Part shown: positions 39,397-49,339 of the stretch, piece by piece | How the letters are laid out: each line of letters starts with the position of its first letter | How positions within the stretch are numbered: the first letter of the stretch is position 1 | Assembly (NCBI GenBank): GCA_965234725.1 | Contig: CBDDUX010000038.1 | Location: 8,257 to 72,256 of the forward strand | Source: Thermoplasmatota archaeon | GTDB taxonomy: Archaea > Thermoplasmatota > Penumbrarchaeia > Penumbrarchaeales > Penumbrarchaeaceae | DNA: 64,000 nucleotides | Direction: 5' to 3' | Made by a program: the position numbers and the translations under genes | Notes under the pieces: model-generated | Told to the model about the DNA's origin: nothing | What the model saw: only the letters and a program-made list of their open reading frames with translations | Database searches by the model: none

Positions 39397-41334
39397 TCAG
39401 ACCCCACCTAATACATCTGTCCCATCATCATAGGTCCCAAGGACCCTGCTTGCAAGCTCATTCGGATCAGCAACGATAACCCTTCCCTCACCTTCCTTTG
39501 CGATCCTCCTTGCAGCATTTACGAATGTCTCATCCTCAGGTTCCAATAGGAAGATATTGAATGTAAGGTCCCTATAGCGAAGTAGTCTGGAAGCCTGGAT
39601 CAGGGCGAGTTCCATCGATCTTTCCAGATCTCCAGCAACAACCGTACCTTTTTCATCGGTATAAGCTTCTGGAAGGCCATCTGTTATCAGGAAGAGGAGG
39701 AGCCTATCTGCCCTGGTATTATCGAGAATGTTGGTGGCAAGTACAAGGGCTTCATGATGGTTCGTGAAGCCTCTTGGTTCCAGTACCATCACTTCTTTCA
39801 ATGAGATAGGAATTGCCCGGGTGGACATTGATATCAGGTCCACACGGTTCCTTGGATTCTCCCTCTTGATGGCCTGGGTCAAGGCCAGGACTGACCTTTT
39901 GGCGGCTTCCAATCGGGAATTCTCCTCCATGGATCCAGATGTGTCAACAATTATTACACCATGGACCTCTGTCGTTGTAACTTCCCTCAGGACCACCATA
40001 TCATTCGAATCGATCACCTTGTCCCTTGGATGGTTCGTCCTTGCATTAACAATGGTCTGTAGAAGGTCCATCCTTGCCTCTTCCCCAAGCATCCTCAACT
40101 TTGCCTTCTCGTAGACACCGGCATCCGAGATGTGTGAACCCCTGCGGTCCCTTGCTCCTTGTCTTCCTTCCATTATCTCTGCATAGATCAATTCTGAGAA
40201 TTTCTCCACCAGGGCTTCCGTTATCTCCCATTCCGACTCGATCCTGTCAAGGTTATCCTGGACTTCGGTCCTTGATAGATATCCCATACGGGATAATACT
40301 GACACCAGTTCTTCCTTGACCTCTTTTTTGGATAGTTCCATTATGGACCTTTCCCTATCCTTCATTTCAGATTCAAAGTTCCTTTCCATTTTCATGATCT
40401 TCTCTCTTATCATTCGTTCTTTGTCCTTGCTCTTCTTTCTTGTCTTGAGGTGTTCGGATCTCCTATCATCCAGCTCATCTTTCTTCAAGCGTGCTGACCT
40501 CTCCACCTCCAACCTAAGGACCTTTCTGGCCTCTTCACTATACCATTTGGGATCGAAGGACCTTCTAAGCTGGATCTCGCCACTTGTATACCCATACTCA
40601 TCCGACAACCTTTTATTGACCGCCCTTTGAAGATGTTCGTTTCCATCAAGATCCTTTTCCATCCTCCTCTCCCATTCATCCAGATCACGGGAAAGGGAAG
40701 GGAAAGGTAGTGATATGGCCCCCTTTGAATGTGTTTTCTTCCGCTCTTGCGATCCTTCCTTTCTTTCTCCCCTTCTGAACCATCTCCTTATCCATCCGAG
40801 AAAGGATAGGCATTTCGATGCGATCCAAATGAAGAATGTCCTTATCCGTCTCCATAATGACCTTAAGAATCCTTCCTTCTCTTGTCGATCAATGATCCTG
40901 ACCCTTCCCTCAAGAGCACCTATCAATTCAGAAGCGAGTATTTCTCCTCTGATCTCCTCCGAGGAATATCTTCTGAAGGCGGAATCATCCCTTAAAGATC
41001 CATCATTTGACTCCCGTAGTCCGATTCCCTCTGACTCTCTCAACCCTCTTACCTGATCATTTAGAGAGGTCCTTCTCAGGGCTTTTACACGTTCCAGTTC
41101 CTTCTCCATTCTTTTACGTAATTCATCCAATCGGTCATTTATCGTACCTTCGGTCCTTTTCTCTTCCAGAAAATCGTCGATCCCCCTCATTCCTTTCTCG
41201 GCCAATTTCTTGACGAGGTCCCTCTTCTCCCTTGAGGTCAGCCTGAAGGGGGTGTAAACACCCTTTGAACAATCCGGAATGACCACACCGGCCCCTTTTA
41301 TATGGGGGTAAGATATGGTTCCTTTTTCAGGCAA
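39397..41334 (-). CDS. von Willebrand factor A (vWA) domain protein with long charged coiled N-region
   Basis: MIDAS motif VIIVDTSGSM, downstream ThrAsp (LITDGLPEA) typical vWA. N-terminal 400 aa K/E/R-rich. Confidence 0.7.
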   Translation of the reverse strand: MPEKGTISYPHIKGAGVVIPDCSKGVYTPFRLTSREKRDLVKKLAEKGMRGIDDFLEEKRTEGTINDRLDELRKRMEKELERVKALRRTSLNDQVRGLRESEGIGLRESNDGSLRDDSAFRRYSSEEIRGEILASELIGALEGRVRIIDRQEKEGFLRSLWRRIRTFFIWIASKCLSFLGWIRRWFRRGERKEGSQERKKTHSKGAISLPFPSLSRDLDEWERRMEKDLDGNEHLQRAVNKRLSDEYGYTSGEIQLRRSFDPKWYSEEARKVLRLEVERSARLKKDELDDRRSEHLKTRKKSKDKERMIREKIMKMERNFESEMKDRERSIMELSKKEVKEELVSVLSRMGYLSRTEVQDNLDRIESEWEITEALVEKFSELIYAEIMEGRQGARDRRGSHISDAGVYEKAKLRMLGEEARMDLLQTIVNARTNHPRDKVIDSNDMVVLREVTTTEVHGVIIVDTSGSMEENSRLEAAKRSVLALTQAIKRENPRNRVDLISMSTRAIPISLKEVMVLEPRGFTNHHEALVLATNILDNTRADRLLLFLITDGLPEAYTDEKGTVVAGDLERSMELALIQASRLLRYRDLTFNIFLLEPEDETFVNAARRIAKEGEGRVIVADPNELASRVLGTYDDGTDVLGGV

Positions 41335-41350
41335 ATCCGATCACCCTGGA

Positions 41351-42799
41351 TCACTGACCCTTACAGCCAAAATCGTCCATTGAGTTCAATATCTGCACGA
41401 TATGGGATATGAGCTCTCCGGTTTCAATATCCGCTTTGTTCCGTTCGCTCTTAAAAATAAAACTCCTCAATAGGTCCCCATCTCCACCAGAGGGAATTGA
41501 ACCAGAACCCAGGGCCTTGGCCAATTTCTCCGCTCTAGCCAGGGAAGAGGATAGTTCCCGTTGGAAGAATGTGCACCAGTATACCCTGAAAGCTCTCTCC
41601 AGTGCTAGGGGCATATTACCTTCGAGGAACTCCTTCAGCACCTCTTCGTTCCGCAGGAATGAATCACCACCCCTGGCCCTAATCCTTCCGAAAAGTGCAT
41701 CCCTCACTCCCTTTTCGAAACTCTCCCTTGAAACATATGATTCTTCATTAAGGTCCGAAAAGGCAACCGATCTCGTTACAGTATCCAAAATGGTCCTATT
41801 TGATCCGACCTCTGATAGCTCCGGGATATCCACTGATAGGTCTCTCCATGCTTCCACAACGAAGACTGCACTGTGGAGATATATCTCGGGGAAGAACTTC
41901 TTTACTGGAACCCCTCCCCTTGCTACATCGATCATGGTCCTGTTCTTGAGGTGGTCCCGAATATAATCCACATATATGTTGGACAATCTATCGTTCAATG
42001 GTTCATTGATCGCATCAAGGTCCCTCAAATTGGATGTGCTAACGGCAACAAAGGAGGCGGGAAATGTCTCTCTGGATTTTGCCGGTGTAACAATTCCTTC
42101 CTGCAATGCTTGAAGAAGGACGTTCTGTGTCCCGAGTGGAAGTTTGCCTACTTCATCTACCATCAACAGTCCTCTGTTGGCCTGAAGGAGCTTCCCAGGC
42201 TCGAGCACAAGAGGACTTGTGGGATCACCGATCTCCTCAAGTTTATGGAGATTGAACACTCCGGTTAGATTATCAGGAAAGACCTCCGATGATCCCTGGA
42301 CCCTTGCCAGGCCATATCCCTCTTTGAGGTGCATGACCTTGACCGGGACATTTGAGGGTTCTACTTGCTCTGGATGGAAATCTTCACCATCCATGCCGAA
42401 CCTGGATTGACAAGATGGACAGCATCTGACCTTGGCAAAATATGCAGGGTCGATCACTGACATGGGATCATCCTGCACCGGACAGCCATCCACTGCATAG
42501 ACCTCTTTTGGAAAAAGGTTCCATATCTCCTTTGCGAGACTTGTCTTCCCGGTTCCGGAAGGGCCGAAAAGGAGAATATGCGATCCACCCATTAATGCGG
42601 CAATGAGGCTCTCGAGTACATTATTGTCCATTACTGTGCCCGGGAAAAGCAGGGCCATTGCCTCATCTCTGGAATAACCTTTCCCTCTATACTCCTTCAA
42701 CCTCCTCCCGATCTCAGTAGCCAGAGACTTCTGCGCTGTAAGGGGGACGTATCCGGAACTTTTTAGTTCAAATGCGTTCGGATATGGTGTTAGGGCCAT
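41351..42799 (-). CDS. AAA+ ATPase, Mg-chelatase ChlI/BchI-like, with Zn-ribbon insertion
   Basis: Walker A LLFGPSGTGKTS, Walker B LLMVDEVGKL, sensor VAVSTSNLRDL...NDRLS. CCPSCQ cysteine cluster between Walker A and B. 17-bp gap to vWA gene (same strand). Confidence 0.7.
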   Translation of the reverse strand: MALTPYPNAFELKSSGYVPLTAQKSLATEIGRRLKEYRGKGYSRDEAMALLFPGTVMDNNVLESLIAALMGGSHILLFGPSGTGKTSLAKEIWNLFPKEVYAVDGCPVQDDPMSVIDPAYFAKVRCCPSCQSRFGMDGEDFHPEQVEPSNVPVKVMHLKEGYGLARVQGSSEVFPDNLTGVFNLHKLEEIGDPTSPLVLEPGKLLQANRGLLMVDEVGKLPLGTQNVLLQALQEGIVTPAKSRETFPASFVAVSTSNLRDLDAINEPLNDRLSNIYVDYIRDHLKNRTMIDVARGGVPVKKFFPEIYLHSAVFVVEAWRDLSVDIPELSEVGSNRTILDTVTRSVAFSDLNEESYVSRESFEKGVRDALFGRIRARGGDSFLRNEEVLKEFLEGNMPLALERAFRVYWCTFFQRELSSSLARAEKLAKALGSGSIPSGGDGDLLRSFIFKSERNKADIETGELISHIVQILNSMDDFGCKGQ

Positions 42800-42947
42800 C
42801 GTTGCTCCTCCATTGACCGATCAGTTCTTCCTCGGGTCGGGACCTCCCGAACGCAGTATGGTGTATAATTATCCTACTTCCAATAGGATCAACTGGGGAT
42901 GGGTTTAACTAATACCACACTTTTTGGTTCAACAAGGATGGCTGGAA

Positions 42948-43934
42948 ATGAACCGAATGAAAGACCTCCCCGAGGTCCTGGTAACCAGAAAGCTCCCAGA
43001 AGTGGCCATTCGGACCCTGGAAGGAAAGGTCTCCCTTGAACTCTGGGAGGATGAAGGACCGATGCCTCGAGATCAACTTCTTGAGGGACTGCAAGGGAAA
43101 GATGGTGTGATATGTCTTCTGAGCGATAAGATGGACCGGGAAGCGATAGATTCTGGCAGGGACCTGAGGGTTATTGCCAACTATGCCGTAGGGTATGACA
43201 ATATCGATCATAATTATGCCACCACCAAGAATATAGCTGTCCTGAACACCCCTGGTGTCCTCACGGATGCAACAGCAGACCTTGCCTTCTCACTTCTCCT
43301 TGCATCAGGGCGGAGGATCGGAGAGAGTGATAGATATGTCAGGAAAGGAAATTTCAAATCCTGGGGTCCAAAATTGATGCTTGGAAAGGATGTCTGGAAA
43401 GCCACATTGGGAGTTGTGGGGGCCGGAAAGATAGGAGAAGCGGTCCTTAAAAGAGGAAAAGGATTCGAGATGGAACTATTGTACCATTCCAGAACCCCGA
43501 AACCAAAGATCGAGAAGGAACTCGGAGCAACATATCTTCCTTTGGAAGACCTCCTGAAGAGGTCAGATTTCATATCTCTAAATTGTCCCCTGACACCCGA
43601 AACGAGGCATATGATAGGGAATAAGGAATTTCGGTCAATGAAAGAAGATGCCATCCTTATCAATACCTCAAGAGGTCCTGTTGTGGATGAAGAAGCTCTA
43701 GTGGAAGCATTGAGCAACGGATGGATCGGAGGTGCGGGTCTGGATGTATATGAAAGGGAACCCAAGGTCCATCCTGACCTCCTTGAGATGGAGAATGTTG
43801 TCCTGGTACCACATATAGGGTCTGCAACCCATACTACAAGGAACAAGATGGCTTTGATGGTGTCCGAAGGGACCCTCAAGGTCCTTTCCGGTGGCAGACC
43901 GGAGAATATCGTGAACCCTGAGGTCCTGGAGTAG
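42948..43934 (+). CDS. gyaR: Glyoxylate reductase / D-2-hydroxyacid dehydrogenase
   Basis: NAD-binding GVVGAGKIGEAV. Catalytic-domain pattern of D-isomer 2-hydroxyacid DH family. Start chosen at MNRMKDLPEVLVTRK (track TTG 42924 possible). Confidence 0.75.
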   Translation: MNRMKDLPEVLVTRKLPEVAIRTLEGKVSLELWEDEGPMPRDQLLEGLQGKDGVICLLSDKMDREAIDSGRDLRVIANYAVGYDNIDHNYATTKNIAVLNTPGVLTDATADLAFSLLLASGRRIGESDRYVRKGNFKSWGPKLMLGKDVWKATLGVVGAGKIGEAVLKRGKGFEMELLYHSRTPKPKIEKELGATYLPLEDLLKRSDFISLNCPLTPETRHMIGNKEFRSMKEDAILINTSRGPVVDEEALVEALSNGWIGGAGLDVYEREPKVHPDLLEMENVVLVPHIGSATHTTRNKMALMVSEGTLKVLSGGRPENIVNPEVLE

Positions 43935-43941
43935 GAGAAAG

Positions 43942-45990
43942 ATGGCAGAAGAAAAGGACCTCAGATCGACCTTCGAGATCGAACAATGCGACCTTATGGG
44001 CAGAAGGGGATCATTCAAGGTCAATGGTAGAAAGGTACGGACACCTGAACTGATGCCGGTAGTAAATCCGAACAAGATCGATATCCCTGGAGCGGTCACA
44101 CCCCGGGAATTGAAGGAACGGTTCAGGTTCAATATGATCATTACAAATTCATACATCATCAACAGAGGAGAGGATCTGAAGAAAAGGGCCATTGAAGAAG
44201 GACTCCACAGGATGCTTTCCTTCGATGGGGTTATCATGACAGATTCAGGGACATTTCAGAGTTATATGTATGGTGGAGGAAAGAAAGAGGTAAATGTGGA
44301 TCCACTGGAGATCGTCAGATTCCAGATAGAGATGGGAGCAGATGTGGGCACGATTCTAGACAGGTTCACTGTTCCAGGATCATCATGGGAGGAGGCCAGG
44401 TCTGACCTTGATGTAACTCTTGAACGAGCAAAGGCGTCTCTCTCTCTCCAGGGAAATATGGAAGTTGCCGTTCCCATTCAGGGTGGAAGACATACCGATC
44501 TCAGGATGGAATCTGGGAAGGAAGTGGCAGACATGGGAGCGCGGTACGCTCCGATCGGAGGTGTCGTTCCTATTATGGAATCTTATGATTACCCTCTCTT
44601 GGTGGATGTAATTGCCAATTCAAAGGAAGGGCTCGGACCTTCGATACCTGTGCACCTTTTCGGAGCAGGTCATCCCATGTTATTACCACTTGCAACAGCT
44701 CTGGGATGTGATCTGTTCGATTCCGCATCCTACATCAAGTTCGCTCAGGATAACCGATATATGACAAGGGACAGGACCTATCACCTGGGCGAAATGGAGG
44801 TATTTCCATGCTCCTGTCCGGTTTGCTCAACAAAGGATCCGTCGGACATGATGTCGATGCCACCGCAGGACAGGACCCACATGATCGCAAGGCATAACCT
44901 CTGGGTGCTAAGGACTGTTCTGGATGATGTTCGATCATCAATAGAAGAGGGGACCCTGTGGGAGCTTGTGGAAAGGTCCGCGATGTCAAATCCGAGCCTG
45001 TTCGCTGCTGTTAAGAGGGTCGGAAAATATCGTGACCTGCTTGAGGAAAACTCACCAAGGTCGACCAGACGGTTCTTGTGCTGTAGCGGTCTTTCCCTGG
45101 CAAGACCTGAATTTACCAGATTTCAAAGGCAAATGGAAGATATGGAGAGCGAACATAGGACCAAGACCCTGCTGCTCAAGGATTGGACCAAATCCCATAA
45201 CAGGAATGTAACGGAATATATGTGCAGGAGACCTTCCGGGTGGTCGATGATGATAGATACACCCCTGGGTCCTGTGCCCTATGAGATACTCGATATGTAC
45301 CCTATAGGCCAGTCGATCTTCCCACCACCAGGTGGACTAGACATGGACCTTTCTGACCACATGGACCGGAAGAGGGATCTTGTTGATCTTGGAGAGGTAT
45401 GTGAATGGGATGGTTCCGGGAAACCTGATATTCAGGAAGAAAGGATTACCATGGAGGCTTCGGATATAGGCAAGGTCCTTCATCTTATCAGGTTCCAATT
45501 CGGATCCAAAGATGGGATCGATCCTGCAAAGATATTATTCGGAGATTTCAATTCTGAAATAGAACTTCTTGGCAGATTGATCCTGACAAAATCGAGGAAC
45601 ACTGGACGGATAAGGAACATATCAATTCAGGATGGTAACACCAGAAAGCATCTTCTATCCATCAGGGCGGAGGATGGGATGTTGACAATAAAGATCGAAG
45701 GGGCCAAGAAACTGCAGGAAGGAACCAGACCTCCCTGGAGAAGGGTAATGGTCGACAAGGAGACCGGTGAGTTCAACTCAAAGGGTCTAAATGCATTTTG
45801 CAAGTTTGTCAAGGATGCTGATCCGAACATAAGGGCAGGAGACGATGTCATGGTCGTTGATGAGGATGATCACCTCCTTGCCGTAGGTAGGAGCCAGGCA
45901 TCCAGGCGACATCTGATCACGTCTAGATCAGGTATCGCTGTAAAAGTTCGTGTTGGGGTACTTTCAAAAAAGGACAAGGATAATAATTAA
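43942..45990 (+). CDS. tgtA: Archaeosine tRNA-guanine transglycosylase (ArcTGT) with C-terminal PUA-like region
   Basis: N-terminal TIM-barrel TGT motifs (VRTPELMPVVNP, ITNSY, zinc site CSCPVCS), 682 aa. Confidence 0.85.
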   Translation: MAEEKDLRSTFEIEQCDLMGRRGSFKVNGRKVRTPELMPVVNPNKIDIPGAVTPRELKERFRFNMIITNSYIINRGEDLKKRAIEEGLHRMLSFDGVIMTDSGTFQSYMYGGGKKEVNVDPLEIVRFQIEMGADVGTILDRFTVPGSSWEEARSDLDVTLERAKASLSLQGNMEVAVPIQGGRHTDLRMESGKEVADMGARYAPIGGVVPIMESYDYPLLVDVIANSKEGLGPSIPVHLFGAGHPMLLPLATALGCDLFDSASYIKFAQDNRYMTRDRTYHLGEMEVFPCSCPVCSTKDPSDMMSMPPQDRTHMIARHNLWVLRTVLDDVRSSIEEGTLWELVERSAMSNPSLFAAVKRVGKYRDLLEENSPRSTRRFLCCSGLSLARPEFTRFQRQMEDMESEHRTKTLLLKDWTKSHNRNVTEYMCRRPSGWSMMIDTPLGPVPYEILDMYPIGQSIFPPPGGLDMDLSDHMDRKRDLVDLGEVCEWDGSGKPDIQEERITMEASDIGKVLHLIRFQFGSKDGIDPAKILFGDFNSEIELLGRLILTKSRNTGRIRNISIQDGNTRKHLLSIRAEDGMLTIKIEGAKKLQEGTRPPWRRVMVDKETGEFNSKGLNAFCKFVKDADPNIRAGDDVMVVDEDDHLLAVGRSQASRRHLITSRSGIAVKVRVGVLSKKDKDNN

Positions 45991-46032
45991 CAATAGATCA
46001 TGATTATGAGGTAATGTCGGGAGTGTGATCCC

Positions 46033-46719
46033 ATGACGGATGAAAAAGACCAGATGGATTCAGGGGCAAGACAGGAATTCGGAATAAGGAAGATGGAACT
46101 TGTCAGGATAATCGAAGGCAAGGAGGGAGGTCAGGGAAAGGGGACTTCATCTGTTACCCTTGTTAAGACTCCGACATCAACAGTTGTGGTTGACTCTGGG
46201 GCAAGGCATGTCAGAGAGAGACTTGTTAGCTTCATGAGGGAGAACGAAGCAAAGGTGGAAAAGGTCAACGTACTGCTAACAACATCCGTTGACGATCTAC
46301 ATGCCGGCAATGATGACCTTTTCGTTCATTGCCTTCAACATATCCTTGATTCGGATTGGGGGAAAACACCGGTCAAATCCCAGAGGAAGGTCGCAATAAC
46401 CACTCCTGTGCATTGGATCGATAAATATCTGAAGATCGTCAAACTGCCCTTCCCAGGGGATGGGTCCCTGGCCCTTCTTGCACATTTTCCAGATAGGGAG
46501 GAACTTCTGGAGCCGTCCACAATACCTTTCAAAGGCCAAGTGGTGGGGATAATGGGGGCCTCTGTCCCATCCATGGATCACCCTGAGGTTAGGACCGCAT
46601 TGAAGAAGGCATTGAAAACGGAAAAAAGGACCGGAAGTATCGATACATTGGAGGACCTTATAGGTTATTGTGACCATATCATCCCATCCTATGGAGCTAT
46701 GTTCAAGGTCAGGGGATGA
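46033..46719 (+). CDS. Hypothetical protein, possibly degenerate metallo-beta-lactamase fold; first gene of e2b2-deoA operon
   Basis: VVVDSGARH resembles MBL strand motif, but HxHxDH is replaced by SVDDLHAGN. ATGA overlap with downstream gene. Confidence 0.35.
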   Translation: MTDEKDQMDSGARQEFGIRKMELVRIIEGKEGGQGKGTSSVTLVKTPTSTVVVDSGARHVRERLVSFMRENEAKVEKVNVLLTTSVDDLHAGNDDLFVHCLQHILDSDWGKTPVKSQRKVAITTPVHWIDKYLKIVKLPFPGDGSLALLAHFPDREELLEPSTIPFKGQVVGIMGASVPSMDHPEVRTALKKALKTEKRTGSIDTLEDLIGYCDHIIPSYGAMFKVRG

Positions 46720-47702
46720 AAATCTTGAATGAAGAGGCTTGGAAGAGACTTGCGGAAACCACCGATGGCATCAGGGACATGTCCATCAGAGGAGCCGGAA
46801 AAATTGCTCGAGCCGCATCTGCTGCATTATCCGATCTAGCCTCATCTTGGGAGGGGGCTTCAAGGGAAGAGCTACTTGGAGACCTGAAAAGAGCGGCTAA
46901 TGAACTAATTTCCACCAGACCATCCGCAGTTTCCCTGAGGAACGGTATCCTTCTTACACTCACAGATGTAGACAAGGAGAAGGACCTCAGATCAATGAAG
47001 GATCTGGTGATCTCCAGGTCCTCTCAATTCGTAAGCTCCTCCCACATGGCCATGGATAGGATCGCCGAGATAGGAAAGAAGAGGGTCCCTTCGGGTTCGA
47101 CCGTAATGACACATTGTAATTCAAGCGCGGCACTGGGAGTGATATACTCAGCATTCAAGGATGGCAGGGTCAAAGAGGTGTTCTCAACAGAATCCAGACC
47201 ATGGAGGCAGGGGCATCTAACGGTCAAATGGCTTGCAGAGAGAAAAGTGCCTGTAACGATGATAGTTGATTCGGCTGTAAGATATTTCATGAACGAGATC
47301 GATATCGTATGTGTGGGTGCGGATACCGTAACTGCAAATGGAGCTGTGATCAATAAAATAGGCACCTCACAGATCGCACTTGCAGCACACGAGGCAAGGA
47401 CCCCGTTCATGGTATGTGCGGAAACATATAAGTTCTCGGGAGAGACGCTGATGGGTTCCCTGGTGGAAATAGAGGACAGAGGTCCTGATGAAGTGGCAGA
47501 CCCACTTCGACCAGAGGACCTGCCTGGAGTGAAGTTCAGGAATCCAGTGTTCGATGCCACCCCTCCTGAATACATTGACTCAATAGCGACAGAGATCGGT
47601 ATCATTTCCCCTTACATGGCCACCGAGGTCATCAGGGAAATGTTCAAGTCATCAGGACCGATCTCCTCTGATAGGTCCCGATCGGAATTCAATTGGTTTT
47701 AG
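46716..47702 (+). CDS. e2b2: eIF-2B alpha/beta/delta-family protein, likely ribose-1,5-bisphosphate isomerase
   Basis: Family motifs (VLTHCNS..., GADTVTANGAVINKIGT). Stop codon abuts ATG of AMP phosphorylase. Confidence 0.7.
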   Translation: MKILNEEAWKRLAETTDGIRDMSIRGAGKIARAASAALSDLASSWEGASREELLGDLKRAANELISTRPSAVSLRNGILLTLTDVDKEKDLRSMKDLVISRSSQFVSSSHMAMDRIAEIGKKRVPSGSTVMTHCNSSAALGVIYSAFKDGRVKEVFSTESRPWRQGHLTVKWLAERKVPVTMIVDSAVRYFMNEIDIVCVGADTVTANGAVINKIGTSQIALAAHEARTPFMVCAETYKFSGETLMGSLVEIEDRGPDEVADPLRPEDLPGVKFRNPVFDATPPEYIDSIATEIGIISPYMATEVIREMFKSSGPISSDRSRSEFNWF

Positions 47703-49286
47703 ATGGTGATCGATATGAACGAGAGTTTGAATGGAGAGGAGATGACCGGCGTTCCCACCACATTCGAGATCATTGCAATTGACCTGGAAACTGGTGAGTA
47801 TACAGCCATTCTGAACAGAAAGGATGCGGACATCCTAGGATTGAGATCACTCGATAGGGTCAAGGTCTCAAACGATAAGGAAAACATGACGGCAATAGTG
47901 GAACTCACAGATTCTGTGGTTCAACCCGGGCAGGTGGGATTACTTAAAAAGGGTCGGAAGAGATTGAAAGCAGAGCACGGCGACCATGTAAGGGTCGTCC
48001 CTGTGTCAAGACCAAGATCAATCGAGCTGATCAAGAAAAGACTCAATAACAGGGAATTGACCACAGATGAGATCAATACATTAACAGAGGAGATCACGAA
48101 CCACCGACTTTCCGATGTTGAACTTTCCGCCTTCGTCTGCTCCACATATATGAACCCTCTTAACAACAGAGAGATTACGGATCTGACCCTTGCAATGGTG
48201 AACACGGGTGAACTGATTGAGATGGATATTGGACCTATCTTCGATTTCCATTCGATAGGAGGGGTCCCTGGAAACAAAGTGACACTTATTGTCGTCCCGA
48301 TCGTGGCTGCGGCAGGTCTAAGCATTCCAAAGACATGCTCAAGGGCAATATCATCTGCTGGTGGAACTGCCGATATCCTGGAGACCATAGCTAACGTGAC
48401 ACTTCCGGGATGGAAGATCAAGGAGATAACAGAGAAGGTGGGGGGTACTATCGCATGGGGAGGTGGTGTCAATATCGCCCCGGCAGATGACATCATTATT
48501 AGGGTAGAGTATCCCCTCTCCATCGATCCATACTCACAGGTGATCGCATCCGTTCTTGCCAAGAAGAAAGCCGTTGGGGCAGACCATCTCCTGATGGACA
48601 TTCCCGTGGGCCCGCATACCAAGGTAGAGCCCATGGAACTTGCCAGAAGATATGCAAGGGACTTTATGGATATTGGCCAGAAGATCGGAATTAACGTACA
48701 GTGTGCAATTACTTACGGAGGACAACCTGTTGGAAGGAGCATTGGACCAGCTTTGGAGGTAAAGGAGGCATTGATGGTACTGGAGAACGATCCGCCCTCC
48801 TCCTCAACGGTTGAGAAGGCCACATCCTTGGCTGGGATCATCCTGGAGATGGGGGGGTTTTCCGGGAATGGAAAGGTCGAAGCCATGAGGATACTAAAGT
48901 CAGGTGAAGCGCTTAACAAGTTCCGGGAGATAATTCGGGCACAGGGGACGGATAATCCTGAAATAGGATCACAGGAGGTCCCAATGGGTGAGTTTACAGC
49001 GTCGGTACTCTCACCAGGTGATGGGTATGTATCATCCATCAACAACAAGGACATTGTAAGAATTGCAAGGGCCGCAGGATGCCCTCACGACAAATTCGGT
49101 GGGATCGCCCTGAAAAAGAAGATCGGACATCAAGTGGAAAAGGGTGAGGTGCTCTTCGAGATATATTCCTCCAACGACCAGAGGCTGAAAGTAGCAATAC
49201 AGACGGCCAAGAAGATGATGCCCTTCCTGATCGAGGGAATGGTCCTTGAAAGGGTTCCGGGCGAGAGGATCATCCATTCCATCTGA
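47703..49286 (+). CDS. deoA: AMP phosphorylase (thymidine-phosphorylase family)
   Basis: Near-identity of core motif FHSIGGVPGNKVTLIVVPIVAAAGLSIPKTCSRAISSAGGTADILE to T. kodakarensis AMPpase. N-terminal extension typical of AMPpase. Start may be internal Met (47715 or 47742). Confidence 0.85.
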   Translation: MVIDMNESLNGEEMTGVPTTFEIIAIDLETGEYTAILNRKDADILGLRSLDRVKVSNDKENMTAIVELTDSVVQPGQVGLLKKGRKRLKAEHGDHVRVVPVSRPRSIELIKKRLNNRELTTDEINTLTEEITNHRLSDVELSAFVCSTYMNPLNNREITDLTLAMVNTGELIEMDIGPIFDFHSIGGVPGNKVTLIVVPIVAAAGLSIPKTCSRAISSAGGTADILETIANVTLPGWKIKEITEKVGGTIAWGGGVNIAPADDIIIRVEYPLSIDPYSQVIASVLAKKKAVGADHLLMDIPVGPHTKVEPMELARRYARDFMDIGQKIGINVQCAITYGGQPVGRSIGPALEVKEALMVLENDPPSSSTVEKATSLAGIILEMGGFSGNGKVEAMRILKSGEALNKFREIIRAQGTDNPEIGSQEVPMGEFTASVLSPGDGYVSSINNKDIVRIARAAGCPHDKFGGIALKKKIGHQVEKGEVLFEIYSSNDQRLKVAIQTAKKMMPFLIEGMVLERVPGERIIHSI

Positions 49287-49339
49287 AGATGATCTAATTA
49301 CTTTCGGTCCGGGAACCGAAATGGATTTATGACCATCCT

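Noticed and set aside
46033-49286. Expectation of a type III RuBisCO gene next to e2b2/deoA
   Set aside because: No ORF in the window has RuBisCO large-subunit motifs. It may be encoded elsewhere.
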